From an uncultured Clostridia bacterium (GTDB taxonomy: Bacteria > Bacillota > Clostridia > Christensenellales > UBA1242): a stretch of 64,000 nucleotides of DNA. Positions 1 to 8,316 of this stretch are shown piece by piece (the stretch's first letter is position 1; every line of letters begins with the position of its first letter). Position numbers and translations under genes: made by a program. Where the stretch lies: positions 48,962 to 112,961 of the forward strand of contig CAKVHQ010000002.1 of the NCBI GenBank assembly GCA_934749845.1, read 5' to 3'. The notes below the pieces were generated by a model that searched no databases, was not told the origin of the DNA, and was given only the letters and a program-made list of their open reading frames with translations.

Positions 1-87
1 GGCGATTTGGTCGTTTTTTGTCGAATAAATTCCTATAATGTCGTTTTGTGCGTTTTAAAGTATTCTTCTTGGATTTCCTTTGGATAA

Positions 88-240
88 TTATGTACGCCAA
101 GCTTTGGATGCTTTATCGTGGGCAACATAACCAGTGCCTGTGCTTCCAGCAATTCCTTATGGTCCTTGTTCGCCTTGAACTCCCAGTCCGCCCTGTGGTC
201 CTGTCGGGCCAGTTGCGCCTTGTGGTCCTTGTGGTCCCAT
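88..240 (-). pseudogene. collagen-like Gly-X-Y repeat mini-ORF interrupted by an in-frame TAA (possible BclA-like remnant)
   Basis: Minus-strand ATG at 240 reads M-GPQ-GPQ-GAT-GPT-GPQ-GGL-GVQ-GEQ-GP-TAA(157-159)-GIA-GST-GTG-YVAHDKASKAWRT-TAA(88-90). Gly periodicity stays in phase across the stop. Locally GC-rich in an AT-rich context. No Shine-Dalgarno seen. Confidence 0.45.
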
Positions 241-480
241 AATAGTTTCTGTGATTATTTTTTGCTCACTTTGATTGGTTTTACTATGTTTTAAGCCATT
301 ACATTTGCTTGGCTTACAAAAATAACATCGCATATTTTTTTTCTCACACTAAACTTATATATGCTCACGTAAACACTTGTGTGATGAAAAAAGTTGTTAA
401 ACAAGTTTGTAGCAATTTTTGGCTTATGATAAACGATAGATTGCAATTTATAAAAAACTCTTTTAAAAGCCAAATAAGTA

Positions 481-489
481 TGGTATAAT
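481..489 (+). promoter_or_regulatory. extended -10 promoter element TGGTATAAT upstream of the glycosyltransferase fusion gene
   Basis: TGGTATAAT lies 31 nt upstream of ATG 520, with AAGGAA Shine-Dalgarno in between. Confidence 0.45.
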
Positions 490-519
490 TTATAAAGCAA
501 AAACAAAAAGGAATTACAT

Positions 520-2526
520 ATGAAGAAAAAAGTTTTAATGACATATATGGAATCGGGAATGGGGCATATTACTTCAATTACATCAATTTCCGATAACTTA
601 AAAGCCCTTTATGGCGATGAGTTTGAAATAGTCGACTCATATATAATGCAAGAGGACCACGACAAAACATTAAAAAAATTTGAAAATTTGATTATAAAAC
701 AGACAAAAAATACTAATAAAATTAAAGGCTTTGGAAACTTTATATTTTTCTTTATTAAACTGATTGGTGGAGTAAAGACTATGAGATTTCTTCATAGGAC
801 TTTGTTTAAAAAATACACTGACGCCACATTAAAAGCCTTTGAAAAGAGAAATCCAGACATTATCGTAAGTACGCACTACTTTATGACTTTTTGTGCCTTG
901 GAGTATAAAAAGAGAATAAATAAAAATGTTAAAGTTATCACATACAACCCAGACAATAATGTTCACATTTGGTGGGATAACAGGGAGCATTTGTTCCTTG
1001 TTAACAACGAGAATGCTTTTTATGAAGCAATAGGCAAGCGAAAGTTTAACCCAGCGTTAGTAAAGCAAGTTTTCTACACCGCAAGAGATGAAATTGTCAA
1101 CTTTAACTTAACTAAAGAGCAGGCACGAGAAAAACTAGGTATTGATAAAAACAAATTTTGTGTTATCGTTGCCGACGGTGCTTATGCTTGTGCAAAAAGC
1201 AAAAAAATTACTGACCAACTTTTAAAAACCGACAAGCCTTTAACCTTAATTATGCTTGCTGGCAAAAACGAAAAGTTACTAAAACACTACAATAATCTAA
1301 AAGAAAAGAATAAAGTTAAACCAAACATCGACTTTATCGTTCTTCCTTTCACAAAAACCATTTACGAATACTATAAAGCAGCAGATGTTTTTGTAACCAA
1401 AGCAGGACCAAATGCAATTTTGGACTCTGTTTTCATGGGCACTCCAATAATCGTGGACTATTATGCTCACCCTATCGAAAAAGCAACAACAAAATTGTTT
1501 GTTGATAATTATGGCGTTGGCAAGGCAATTTATAAGCCAAAAAAAGTTAAAAAACAAATAGAAATGTGGATTGATAACCGAACCGAACTTGACCTTTACG
1601 CCGACAATACTCACAAGATTGACAAGTTCCAAAACGGTGGTAAAGAAGTTGCCCAACTAATTTACGACGAGTCCAACCGAAACGAAGTGTTTGTAAGCAA
1701 AAACGAGTATGAGAACTTTTTATACGAACTTGCTCAACAAGAAAAGTTTGACACTTACACAACACCTATGAACTTTAATAACAGCGACTATGACGCAATA
1801 AGTTACGACAAAATTAAGAAAGAAAACATTTTTTCAACCGCATACAAGTTTATCATTAAAGGCATATTAAAATTATTTGGACCTATTGTTAACATTTTTG
1901 GATACAACATCAAAATAAAAGGTAAAAATAATTTAAAGGGAATAAAGTCGGGTATTACAATCAGTAACCATGTTCATTATCTCGACAGCCTTTGGAACAT
2001 GCAAGCATTAAAATTTAAAAATAATGTTTACATTACAGGTGCTCCACACAACTTTAAAAAAGGATTTTTTGGTGCAACTTTAAAGGCAGGTGGATTTGTT
2101 CCGCTAACCACAACATTAAGCGAAACCAAAAAATTTGCCGAATATATTAAAGATATATTAAACAAGGGTGGATTTGTTCATTTCTATCCAGAGCAGGCTC
2201 TATGGCTAAAATATGAGCAGTCAAGACCACTTAAAAAAGGTGCTTTCTACTATGCAAGCAAAAACAATGTGCCAATAATTCCTTTGGTTATATTGTTTAG
2301 AAAATCTAATTTTAGAAAACATAAAAGCGTTACAGTTCAAATTTGCCCACCAATTTATCCAGACCCAAATTTAACCGAAAAAGAAAACTGTGCAATGATG
2401 AACCAAAAAGCACAACAAGTGTATGACGATACAATCATAAAATTCTATAAATACAACAAAGAAACTTACTCTATGAGTAAAATAGCCCAAAGAGAAGATA
2501 TAGAGCCACAAGAAGTTAGGGAATAG
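520..2526 (+). CDS. fusion protein: MGDG-synthase/UgtP-like GT28 glycosyltransferase (N-terminal) + PlsC-like lysophospholipid acyltransferase (C-terminal)
   Basis: N-terminal half has SGMGH near the start and ADVFVTKAGPNAILDSVFMGTPII, typical of diacylglycerol glycosyltransferases. C-terminal ~230 aa has the HX4D acyltransferase motif (NHVHYLD) and FYPEQ. Confidence 0.7.
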   Translation: MKKKVLMTYMESGMGHITSITSISDNLKALYGDEFEIVDSYIMQEDHDKTLKKFENLIIKQTKNTNKIKGFGNFIFFFIKLIGGVKTMRFLHRTLFKKYTDATLKAFEKRNPDIIVSTHYFMTFCALEYKKRINKNVKVITYNPDNNVHIWWDNREHLFLVNNENAFYEAIGKRKFNPALVKQVFYTARDEIVNFNLTKEQAREKLGIDKNKFCVIVADGAYACAKSKKITDQLLKTDKPLTLIMLAGKNEKLLKHYNNLKEKNKVKPNIDFIVLPFTKTIYEYYKAADVFVTKAGPNAILDSVFMGTPIIVDYYAHPIEKATTKLFVDNYGVGKAIYKPKKVKKQIEMWIDNRTELDLYADNTHKIDKFQNGGKEVAQLIYDESNRNEVFVSKNEYENFLYELAQQEKFDTYTTPMNFNNSDYDAISYDKIKKENIFSTAYKFIIKGILKLFGPIVNIFGYNIKIKGKNNLKGIKSGITISNHVHYLDSLWNMQALKFKNNVYITGAPHNFKKGFFGATLKAGGFVPLTTTLSETKKFAEYIKDILNKGGFVHFYPEQALWLKYEQSRPLKKGAFYYASKNNVPIIPLVILFRKSNFRKHKSVTVQICPPIYPDPNLTEKENCAMMNQKAQQVYDDTIIKFYKYNKETYSMSKIAQREDIEPQEVRE

Positions 2527-2554
2527 TATTATTTTGTTCAAAATAAATATATGT

Positions 2555-2588
2555 GAAAAAAAACACTAAATTATTTAGTGTTTTTTTA
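2555..2588. terminator. bidirectional rho-independent terminator between convergent genes
   Basis: ACACTAAAT/ATTTAGTGT stem flanked by an A-run and a T-run. Confidence 0.65.
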
Positions 2589-2589
2589 A

Positions 2590-3537
2590 TCATCTTTTTA
2601 GTCGTAAATCTGCACCATTCATGCTTATTGTTAATGAATTTGCCTTGTTAAACATCCTTGAAAATACTCTTTCGTTGTACTTATCCAAAATGTTGTTTGG
2701 CATAAGATTAGTAGTGAAGATGGTGCTTTTATTTTGCAAATTTCTTTCGTTTATTAAAATTAAAAAGTATTCGCAAGTAACATTTCTTAATATTGGTTCA
2801 GAGCCAAAATCATCAATAATCAACAGTTCAGGTTCAATAAGTTGACTTAATCCTTGCAATTTATCGGCTGATAGTGAAGTATGGCTTGTTAGAAAAATTT
2901 TATTTACTTCAAACGAACTGCAAAACAAAGCAGTGTGTCCGTTTTTAATAATTTCTTTTGCAACGCTTTGTGCTAAAAACGTTTTTCCAACACCGGTTGA
3001 GCCGATTAACACAATATTTTTAATTTTTGTTTGGTTAAAGTTATTTACAAACTCAATTAAATTTTTCTTTACAAGTTCAATATGAGGCTTATTTTCTTCG
3101 TCAAAAATAGAAGTGTCGTAGTCGGTTAGATAAGGAATGTCCTTAAAATCTATTTGCGATTGTTTCATTAAAGCATTGTTATATTTTTGCTTAACGCAAG
3201 AGCAAATTTGACCATTAACAAAGCCCGTATCTTCACATTTTTCGCAAGAAAAGTGGGGAAGCAAACTATCTTTGCTGTAGCCTAATTTATTTAATAACTT
3301 TTCTTGTTTGTTTAAAATTTTATTTATTTTTTCATCAAGTTGTTTGGTGCTTTTTTGCTCGAAAAGTGCTTTACCTTTTTCAAAAATTAAAGCATTTTTT
3401 TCTTTTTCAAGAGCATGGTATTGTGGCTCTTTATTTAATTGGTCTTTAATGGTTTCGCACTTTAAAATAGCATTGCTTCTGTTAACCGAGCATTGCTTTA
3501 AAATGTCATTGATTAAATTTGTGTTTATCATTTCCAT
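2590..3537 (-). CDS. dnaI: DnaI/DnaC-like replicative helicase loader (AAA+)
   Basis: Walker A GSTGVGKT, Walker B LLIIDDFG, upstream Cys cluster CEKCEDTG...CSC. Overlaps the end of a DnaD-domain gene, as in the Firmicute dnaB-dnaI operon. Confidence 0.65.
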   Translation of the reverse strand: MEMINTNLINDILKQCSVNRSNAILKCETIKDQLNKEPQYHALEKEKNALIFEKGKALFEQKSTKQLDEKINKILNKQEKLLNKLGYSKDSLLPHFSCEKCEDTGFVNGQICSCVKQKYNNALMKQSQIDFKDIPYLTDYDTSIFDEENKPHIELVKKNLIEFVNNFNQTKIKNIVLIGSTGVGKTFLAQSVAKEIIKNGHTALFCSSFEVNKIFLTSHTSLSADKLQGLSQLIEPELLIIDDFGSEPILRNVTCEYFLILINERNLQNKSTIFTTNLMPNNILDKYNERVFSRMFNKANSLTISMNGADLRLKR

Positions 3538-4970
3538 TTAACCTCGTTTAAGTTGTCAAATAAGGCATTTATTTGTTCATTTGAGTAACTTCTATGTTCA
3601 AAATCGGCTGTTTTATTTTGTTTTGGTTGGTCGTAATTTACAATTTTTTGTGCTTTTGCCTTTTCAAGAGTGTCAATTCCGTTTTTAAACCAATCGCTAA
3701 GCAATCTGTTAACATAGTTTAATGGGTAAGACTTTCCAACAGCAAGCGAGCAAGCATATTCAATAATTTCACTTGCAAAATTCCATGTAAAAGTCCAAGT
3801 TCTATAAAAATCTCTATCCCAACTTGTCACATTTCGGCTGAGTCCCACAATTTTTAGTAGGTTTTTAATTTTTTGGTCGGTGTCAAGAATTTGTCCAAAA
3901 TATTGGTTGATACTATCAACATTTGTTAGTCCCAGCGAGTAGAATTTTTCAACAACATCGTTCATGCCTTCCAAAGTTTTTATATTATTTTTAAAACAGA
4001 AATTGGAAATTAAGGTAAGTTCGTCTTTGCCGTAGCCCATGTTTTGCCACTTAACGATGTAAGTTTCAATAACATTTTCAAGGTTTTCATAGTAAACGCC
4101 AATTTGCTTTGTAACTAATTTTGCGGTGGAGAGCAAGTCTTTTTTATTTTGTTCGTAAGCCTCAATTTCGTCAACGGACATAAGTTTAAGTTGATAGTAT
4201 TTTTCAAGTTTGTTATTTAATTTTTCGATACTGCCTTTTTTCTTAAATGTGCCTGCCACAAAATTGATTACATCTTTATCAAAGCCAAGGTCTTTTGTCC
4301 ATTTCAAATAAAGTTGCTTGTCCATAAAATCAGGTTGTTTTTTGCTTCCTAATAGTTTTATAATTTCGGCAACTTCGCTTGTGATTGCTTCATGAATTTT
4401 TAGTTTTTCTTCAACATCTTTTACTGTTTTAATGCCTTCATAAGCCCAATTTTTTGCAACAGTTAATATGTAGGAGTATCCAACATTATTGCCTTTTATG
4501 TTAGTGCAATATTTTGCTATCATAACAAGTGCATCTGGTTCAATATGAAAGCATTCAAGCAGTCCATAGTACTCGTAAAACTCGGTTGGGGTTAACATTC
4601 TTCCGTCAATAATTTCTTCCATTTGCTTGTTAAAGTTTGCATATTTTGTTTTGCTAAACTTTTTATCAAATTTCTTTTCGCTAACTGGCAAATATCTAAC
4701 TTCAATAGGGTTTGCGTTTAAAACTAACACTAAACCTTGTTCTTCCCAGTACAAAAAGCAGTTTTCAACATCTTCAACGCTAATATTTAAAGTTTTTGCA
4801 AAGTTTTCAATACTGTTGTTTAGTTTATCTCCCATGCAAAGATAAAGCCCATATAAATAGACCTTAACACATAAATCAGGAGCATAGGGAAGGTAAGCAC
4901 TGATAAATTTATTATCAACAAGTGTGTTCGATTCTAAATTGCTTTTGGTTGAAAACTTACAAAATGCCAT
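3528..4970 (-). CDS. DnaD-domain replication initiation/membrane attachment protein (Firmicute DnaB/DnaD-like)
   Basis: Two repeats of the DnaD/DnaB_2-type helical module (LTVAKNWAYEGIKT..., YVNRLLSDWFKNGIDTLEKA). Operon position upstream of the loader. Confidence 0.6.
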   Translation of the reverse strand: MAFCKFSTKSNLESNTLVDNKFISAYLPYAPDLCVKVYLYGLYLCMGDKLNNSIENFAKTLNISVEDVENCFLYWEEQGLVLVLNANPIEVRYLPVSEKKFDKKFSKTKYANFNKQMEEIIDGRMLTPTEFYEYYGLLECFHIEPDALVMIAKYCTNIKGNNVGYSYILTVAKNWAYEGIKTVKDVEEKLKIHEAITSEVAEIIKLLGSKKQPDFMDKQLYLKWTKDLGFDKDVINFVAGTFKKKGSIEKLNNKLEKYYQLKLMSVDEIEAYEQNKKDLLSTAKLVTKQIGVYYENLENVIETYIVKWQNMGYGKDELTLISNFCFKNNIKTLEGMNDVVEKFYSLGLTNVDSINQYFGQILDTDQKIKNLLKIVGLSRNVTSWDRDFYRTWTFTWNFASEIIEYACSLAVGKSYPLNYVNRLLSDWFKNGIDTLEKAKAQKIVNYDQPKQNKTADFEHRSYSNEQINALFDNLNEVKWK

Positions 4971-4994
4971 AAAATTTTTCCTTTGATTTTCTCA

Positions 4995-5028
4995 ATAAAA
5001 ATAATATCACTTTTTTGCGTGATATTAT
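4995..5028 (-). terminator. terminator after sigG
   Basis: ATAATATCAC/GTGATATTAT 10-bp stem followed by a T-run on the minus strand. Confidence 0.6.
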
Positions 5029-5076
5029 AAATATATAATATATTTTTTAATTTTGCAAGTTTTTGGCTAAATTACG

Positions 5077-5847
5077 CTACAAATTTTTACGCATACTTTC
5101 AATAGCATTTTTTTCCAGTCTAGAAACTTGTGCCTGACTTATTCCAACTTGCTGGGAAACTTCCATTTGAGTTTTGCCCAAGTAATATCTCAACATTAAA
5201 ATTTGTTTTTCTCGCTTGTTTAGTTTTTTTAAAGCGTCTTTAAGTGCAAAATCTTCTATCCATTCGTCTTGATTGTTTTTGCTGTCGCCAATTTGGTCCA
5301 TAACTCTTACTGTCTCTTGACCGTCATTATAAACTGGGTCGAACATACTGCATGGTTCGCTAATTGCATCAAGCGCATAAACAACATCTTTGTATTTAAG
5401 CCCCAAATCTTTTGCAATTTCTTCAATAGTTGGCTCTTCCAAATTTCCTTTGGATAGTTTCTCACGAGATTTCAAAATTTTGTAGGCGGTGTCTCGAATG
5501 CTTCGGCTAACTCGCACGCTAGAGTTATCCCTTAAAAATCTTCTAATTTCTCCAATAATCATTGGAACGGCGTAGGTGGAAAATCTAACATTTAAACTAA
5601 CATCAAAATTGTTTATTGCTTTAATCAAACCAACACATCCAACTTGAAACAAGTCATCTGGGTTTTCTTTTCTTGAGCCAAATCGTTGAACAATCGAAAG
5701 CACCAATCTCATGTTTGCAAAAATAAAGTCTTGCTTGGCTTGTTCGTCGCCAGACTTAACTTTAATCATCAACTCTTCAAGTTCCTTGCCCTTTAATTTG
5801 GGTAGGTCATTTGTATTTATTCCACATATAACAACTTTGTTTGCCAT
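5077..5847 (-). CDS. sigG: sporulation sigma factor SigG
   Basis: MANKVVICGINTNDLPKLKGKELEEL... and conserved sigma70 regions 2-4, directly downstream of sigE. Start moved to ATG 5847 (GGAG 6 nt upstream) from the ORF-track start 5904. Confidence 0.9.
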   Translation of the reverse strand: MANKVVICGINTNDLPKLKGKELEELMIKVKSGDEQAKQDFIFANMRLVLSIVQRFGSRKENPDDLFQVGCVGLIKAINNFDVSLNVRFSTYAVPMIIGEIRRFLRDNSSVRVSRSIRDTAYKILKSREKLSKGNLEEPTIEEIAKDLGLKYKDVVYALDAISEPCSMFDPVYNDGQETVRVMDQIGDSKNNQDEWIEDFALKDALKKLNKREKQILMLRYYLGKTQMEVSQQVGISQAQVSRLEKNAIESMRKNL

Positions 5848-5873
5848 AAAAACTCCATAAGTCAATTTGTTTT

Positions 5874-5903
5874 TATGTTTGCCAAAGAAAAATTTTTTAT
5901 GCA
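5874..5903 (-). promoter_or_regulatory. candidate sigma-F-type forespore promoter of sigG
   Basis: Minus strand reads TGCATA-N14-GGCAAACATA, close to the GCATA/GGnnAnAnTA-type sigma-F consensus. Confidence 0.35.
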
Positions 5904-5930
5904 ATTAAACGGAAAATAGGGAAGAGTTGA

Positions 5931-5958
5931 TAAAAAAATCCAAGATAAAATCTTGGAT
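5931..5958 (-). terminator. terminator/attenuator between sigE and sigG
   Basis: ATCCAAGAT/ATCTTGGAT stem plus T-run on the minus strand, immediately after the sigE stop. Confidence 0.6.
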
Positions 5959-5961
5959 AAC

Positions 5962-6696
5962 TTACATACTTTTTTTAAGTTCTTTATTTAGTCTTGTTAT
6001 TATCTTTTTTTCTATTCGGGATATGTAACTTTGGCTAATTCCCAGTGCATCGGCAACTTCTTTTTGTGTCTTTTCTTCGGTGTCTTGAAAAAGCCCAAAC
6101 CTAAGCGAAATTATTTGTTTTTCTCGGTCATTTAATTTAGCCAAACACTTATACAAAATTTGCCTTTCGCTTGATTGCTCCAAATTTTTTGTCACACTGT
6201 CGTTGTCTATGCTTAAAATGTCAGCAAGCACAAGTTCGTTTCCGTCACTGTCGGTATTAAGAGGTTCTTCAAGGCTAATTTCATTTTTTTGCTTACTTGT
6301 CTTTCTTAAATGCATCAAAATTTCGTTTTCAATGCAACGGCTTGCAAAGGTGGCAAGTTTAATGTTTTTTTCAACATTAAAGTTATTTACCGCTTTAATC
6401 AGTCCAATAGTGCCAACGCTTATTAAATCTTCCATGTCGATATTAGTGTTTTCAAACTTTTTAGCAATATAAACCACAAGCCGAAGATTATGTTCAATAA
6501 GTTGATTTTTGGCATTTTCGTCGCCTTTTTCGGCTTCTAAAATTAAGTCAAGTTCGGTTTCACTGTCTAGTGGAGAAGGTAGTGCTTCGTTTCCGCATAA
6601 ATACAAAACCAAATTTGAATACTGTTCAAAACTGTTTCCACTAAAAAACTTTTTTATTGCACCTAATAATTTTGCTTTTATAAGTTTGATAATCAT
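5962..6696 (-). CDS. sigE: sporulation sigma factor SigE (pro-sigma-E with N-terminal pro-sequence)
   Basis: Hydrophobic/basic N-terminal pro-peptide ([18 protein letters not shown]), then [16 protein letters not shown] and regions 3/4. Follows spoIIGA. Confidence 0.9.
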   Translation of the reverse strand: MIIKLIKAKLLGAIKKFFSGNSFEQYSNLVLYLCGNEALPSPLDSETELDLILEAEKGDENAKNQLIEHNLRLVVYIAKKFENTNIDMEDLISVGTIGLIKAVNNFNVEKNIKLATFASRCIENEILMHLRKTSKQKNEISLEEPLNTDSDGNELVLADILSIDNDSVTKNLEQSSERQILYKCLAKLNDREKQIISLRFGLFQDTEEKTQKEVADALGISQSYISRIEKKIITRLNKELKKSM

Positions 6697-6708
6697 AAAA
6701 TTGTTCTC

Positions 6709-7548
6709 CTATTTAAAATAGTCGGGACTTAATATGCAATCAGCGTCAAGATTGTCCTTAAAATCTACCACGCTTAATCCAATTAGTGCATTGTCAATTT
6801 TTAATTTATCGTCTATTACTATATTATCTATTTCAAACACCATAATTTTAGAACTTTTTGCTAAACTTTTTAGTTCAACTTCATGAATGTTTTTCAAAGG
6901 TAATCTTTCGTATTTTTTTAGCAAAACATCGCTAATTTTTGCATTAGTTAATTGCTTGAACAAATCAAAGTTTATTAAAGTTACAGGTTTTAAACTAGAC
7001 TGGTCGCAAAGTTTGTTTCCGCTATCTAAAAAGCCGTTTGCTTTAACAAATTTGTCATTAAGTTTAAAAGTGACTTCATACACAAATTTTGAAACTCGCT
7101 TTTGCTTGTAAAAATGGTTTATTAGATTTTTTATTATGTAGTACATAATAAACGAAATAAGCAAGGCTAGTCCAATAGGGAAAGAGTAAACAGTAATTGC
7201 ACCATTTTCAACAGAAAAATTTAAGTTCAAAAAGTTGCACACTGCTAGGCAAGTTCCACCAAAAATTGCTGTTATTAAAAAAAACGATAGCAAGGTTATA
7301 ATAAACCTTTTTGGTTTAGTCTTTTTTTCTAGCATTAGTGGCATTAAAACACCGCATAAAACTTTAACAAGTATCAAAATAACGCCACTAAAAAGCGGAG
7401 AAATTAGTGCTATTGCCGTTCCAAATAAAGCAATTATAAATAGCCTTAATTTGCTAACTTTAAGTTTATTTATCTTTGCAGTTAAAACTAAAATTAGCAA
7501 GTCAATAGTCATGTTGTCTATTATGGCGTATTCAATATAGACTTCCAT
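6709..7548 (-). CDS. spoIIGA: sigma-E processing aspartic peptidase SpoIIGA
   Basis: Five N-terminal TM segments, C-terminal FLDSGN aspartic protease motif, position upstream of sigE. Confidence 0.85.
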   Translation of the reverse strand: MEVYIEYAIIDNMTIDLLILVLTAKINKLKVSKLRLFIIALFGTAIALISPLFSGVILILVKVLCGVLMPLMLEKKTKPKRFIITLLSFFLITAIFGGTCLAVCNFLNLNFSVENGAITVYSFPIGLALLISFIMYYIIKNLINHFYKQKRVSKFVYEVTFKLNDKFVKANGFLDSGNKLCDQSSLKPVTLINFDLFKQLTNAKISDVLLKKYERLPLKNIHEVELKSLAKSSKIMVFEIDNIVIDDKLKIDNALIGLSVVDFKDNLDADCILSPDYFK

Positions 7549-7617
7549 ACTGAAATTTTAACAAATTCTGCCCTAACTATTGTTAGAGAATATTTGGAAA
7601 TCTCACAAAAAGAAAGG

Positions 7618-7947
7618 TTATTTTGTCACATGGCTAGTCGAGTCGCTTGCTTCTTGCACATCGGCGGTTGCGGTGTAGGTGGTTTGTTTTAGCACATTTA
7701 TTCTGTTTTGATTGTAAAGTTCAACCAATATGCAGTCGTAGCCAATTTTGCAGATGTTGCAGTATGGAATAAAAATATCTTCGGCACTTTTAAAAATGTT
7801 CCAACCACTTTTTTGACCCGGAACAACAAGCCCCAAAATTTTTCCACATGAGGTTTCAAAAACAATATCGGTTATATGCCCAAGACGCTTGCCGTCAACA
7901 ATATTTATCACTTCTTTTGCTTTTAAGTCGCAAAAACTTGTTTCCAT
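7618..7947 (-). CDS. YlmC/YmxH-family PRC-barrel sporulation protein
   Basis: CDLKAKEVINIVDGKRLGHITDIVF...GKILGLVVPG pattern typical of the YlmC/YmxH family. Confidence 0.7.
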   Translation of the reverse strand: METSFCDLKAKEVINIVDGKRLGHITDIVFETSCGKILGLVVPGQKSGWNIFKSAEDIFIPYCNICKIGYDCILVELYNQNRINVLKQTTYTATADVQEASDSTSHVTK

Positions 7948-8024
7948 ACGCTTTCCATTATCCTTTCTACATTATATGAAAATGCTTTTACAAAAAAGAC
8001 TAAAAAACGATTTTTTTCGCATTT

Positions 8025-8043
8025 AATAAAAATAATCATTTTT
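8025..8043 (+). promoter_or_regulatory. candidate Fur box upstream of feoAB
   Basis: AATAAAAATAATCATTTTT matches about 14 of 19 positions of GATAATGATAATCATTATC. AT-rich background lowers specificity. Confidence 0.4.
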
Positions 8044-8081
8044 TGCCTATTCATAAAATACATTATTTTTGAGGATATTTT

Positions 8082-8315
8082 ATGGATACTGTTAATTTAA
8101 CTAACTTTAAAGAGCAGGAAAGTGGATTTATTGTTAATGTTACAGGTGCTTTACACTTAAAAAGACGCTTGTTAGACCTTGGGTTCACTCAAGGAACACT
8201 TGTTAAAGTCATAAACATTTCGCCACTAAAAAACTCCTATTTACTAGAAATTCACGGATACATAATTGCATTAAGACGCAATGCAATAAAAAACATTCAA
8301 ATGGTTAGGGCATAA
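8082..8315 (+). CDS. feoA: ferrous iron transport protein FeoA
   Basis: 77-aa SH3-like FeoA pattern (G..V.V..........LLDLGF..G..V) directly upstream of feoB. GAGGA Shine-Dalgarno. Confidence 0.85.
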   Translation: MDTVNLTNFKEQESGFIVNVTGALHLKRRLLDLGFTQGTLVKVINISPLKNSYLLEIHGYIIALRRNAIKNIQMVRA

Positions 8316-8316
8316 C

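Noticed and set aside
48-242. Plus-strand 64-aa ORF in the six-frame track
   Set aside because: It is the antisense shadow of the GC-rich Gly-X-Y repeat on the minus strand. It has no Shine-Dalgarno and an implausible composition.
5848-5904. N-terminal extensions in the ORF track (sigG 5904, PBP 30113, mutL 34016, miaA 35961, spoVAEB 48349, rny 52259, padR-like 59699, M16 20015 versus 19988, lipoprotein 15717)
   Set aside because: Internal ATGs with well-spaced GGAG-type Shine-Dalgarno sequences give N-termini matching the known families. The longer versions overlap neighbouring genes or promoters.
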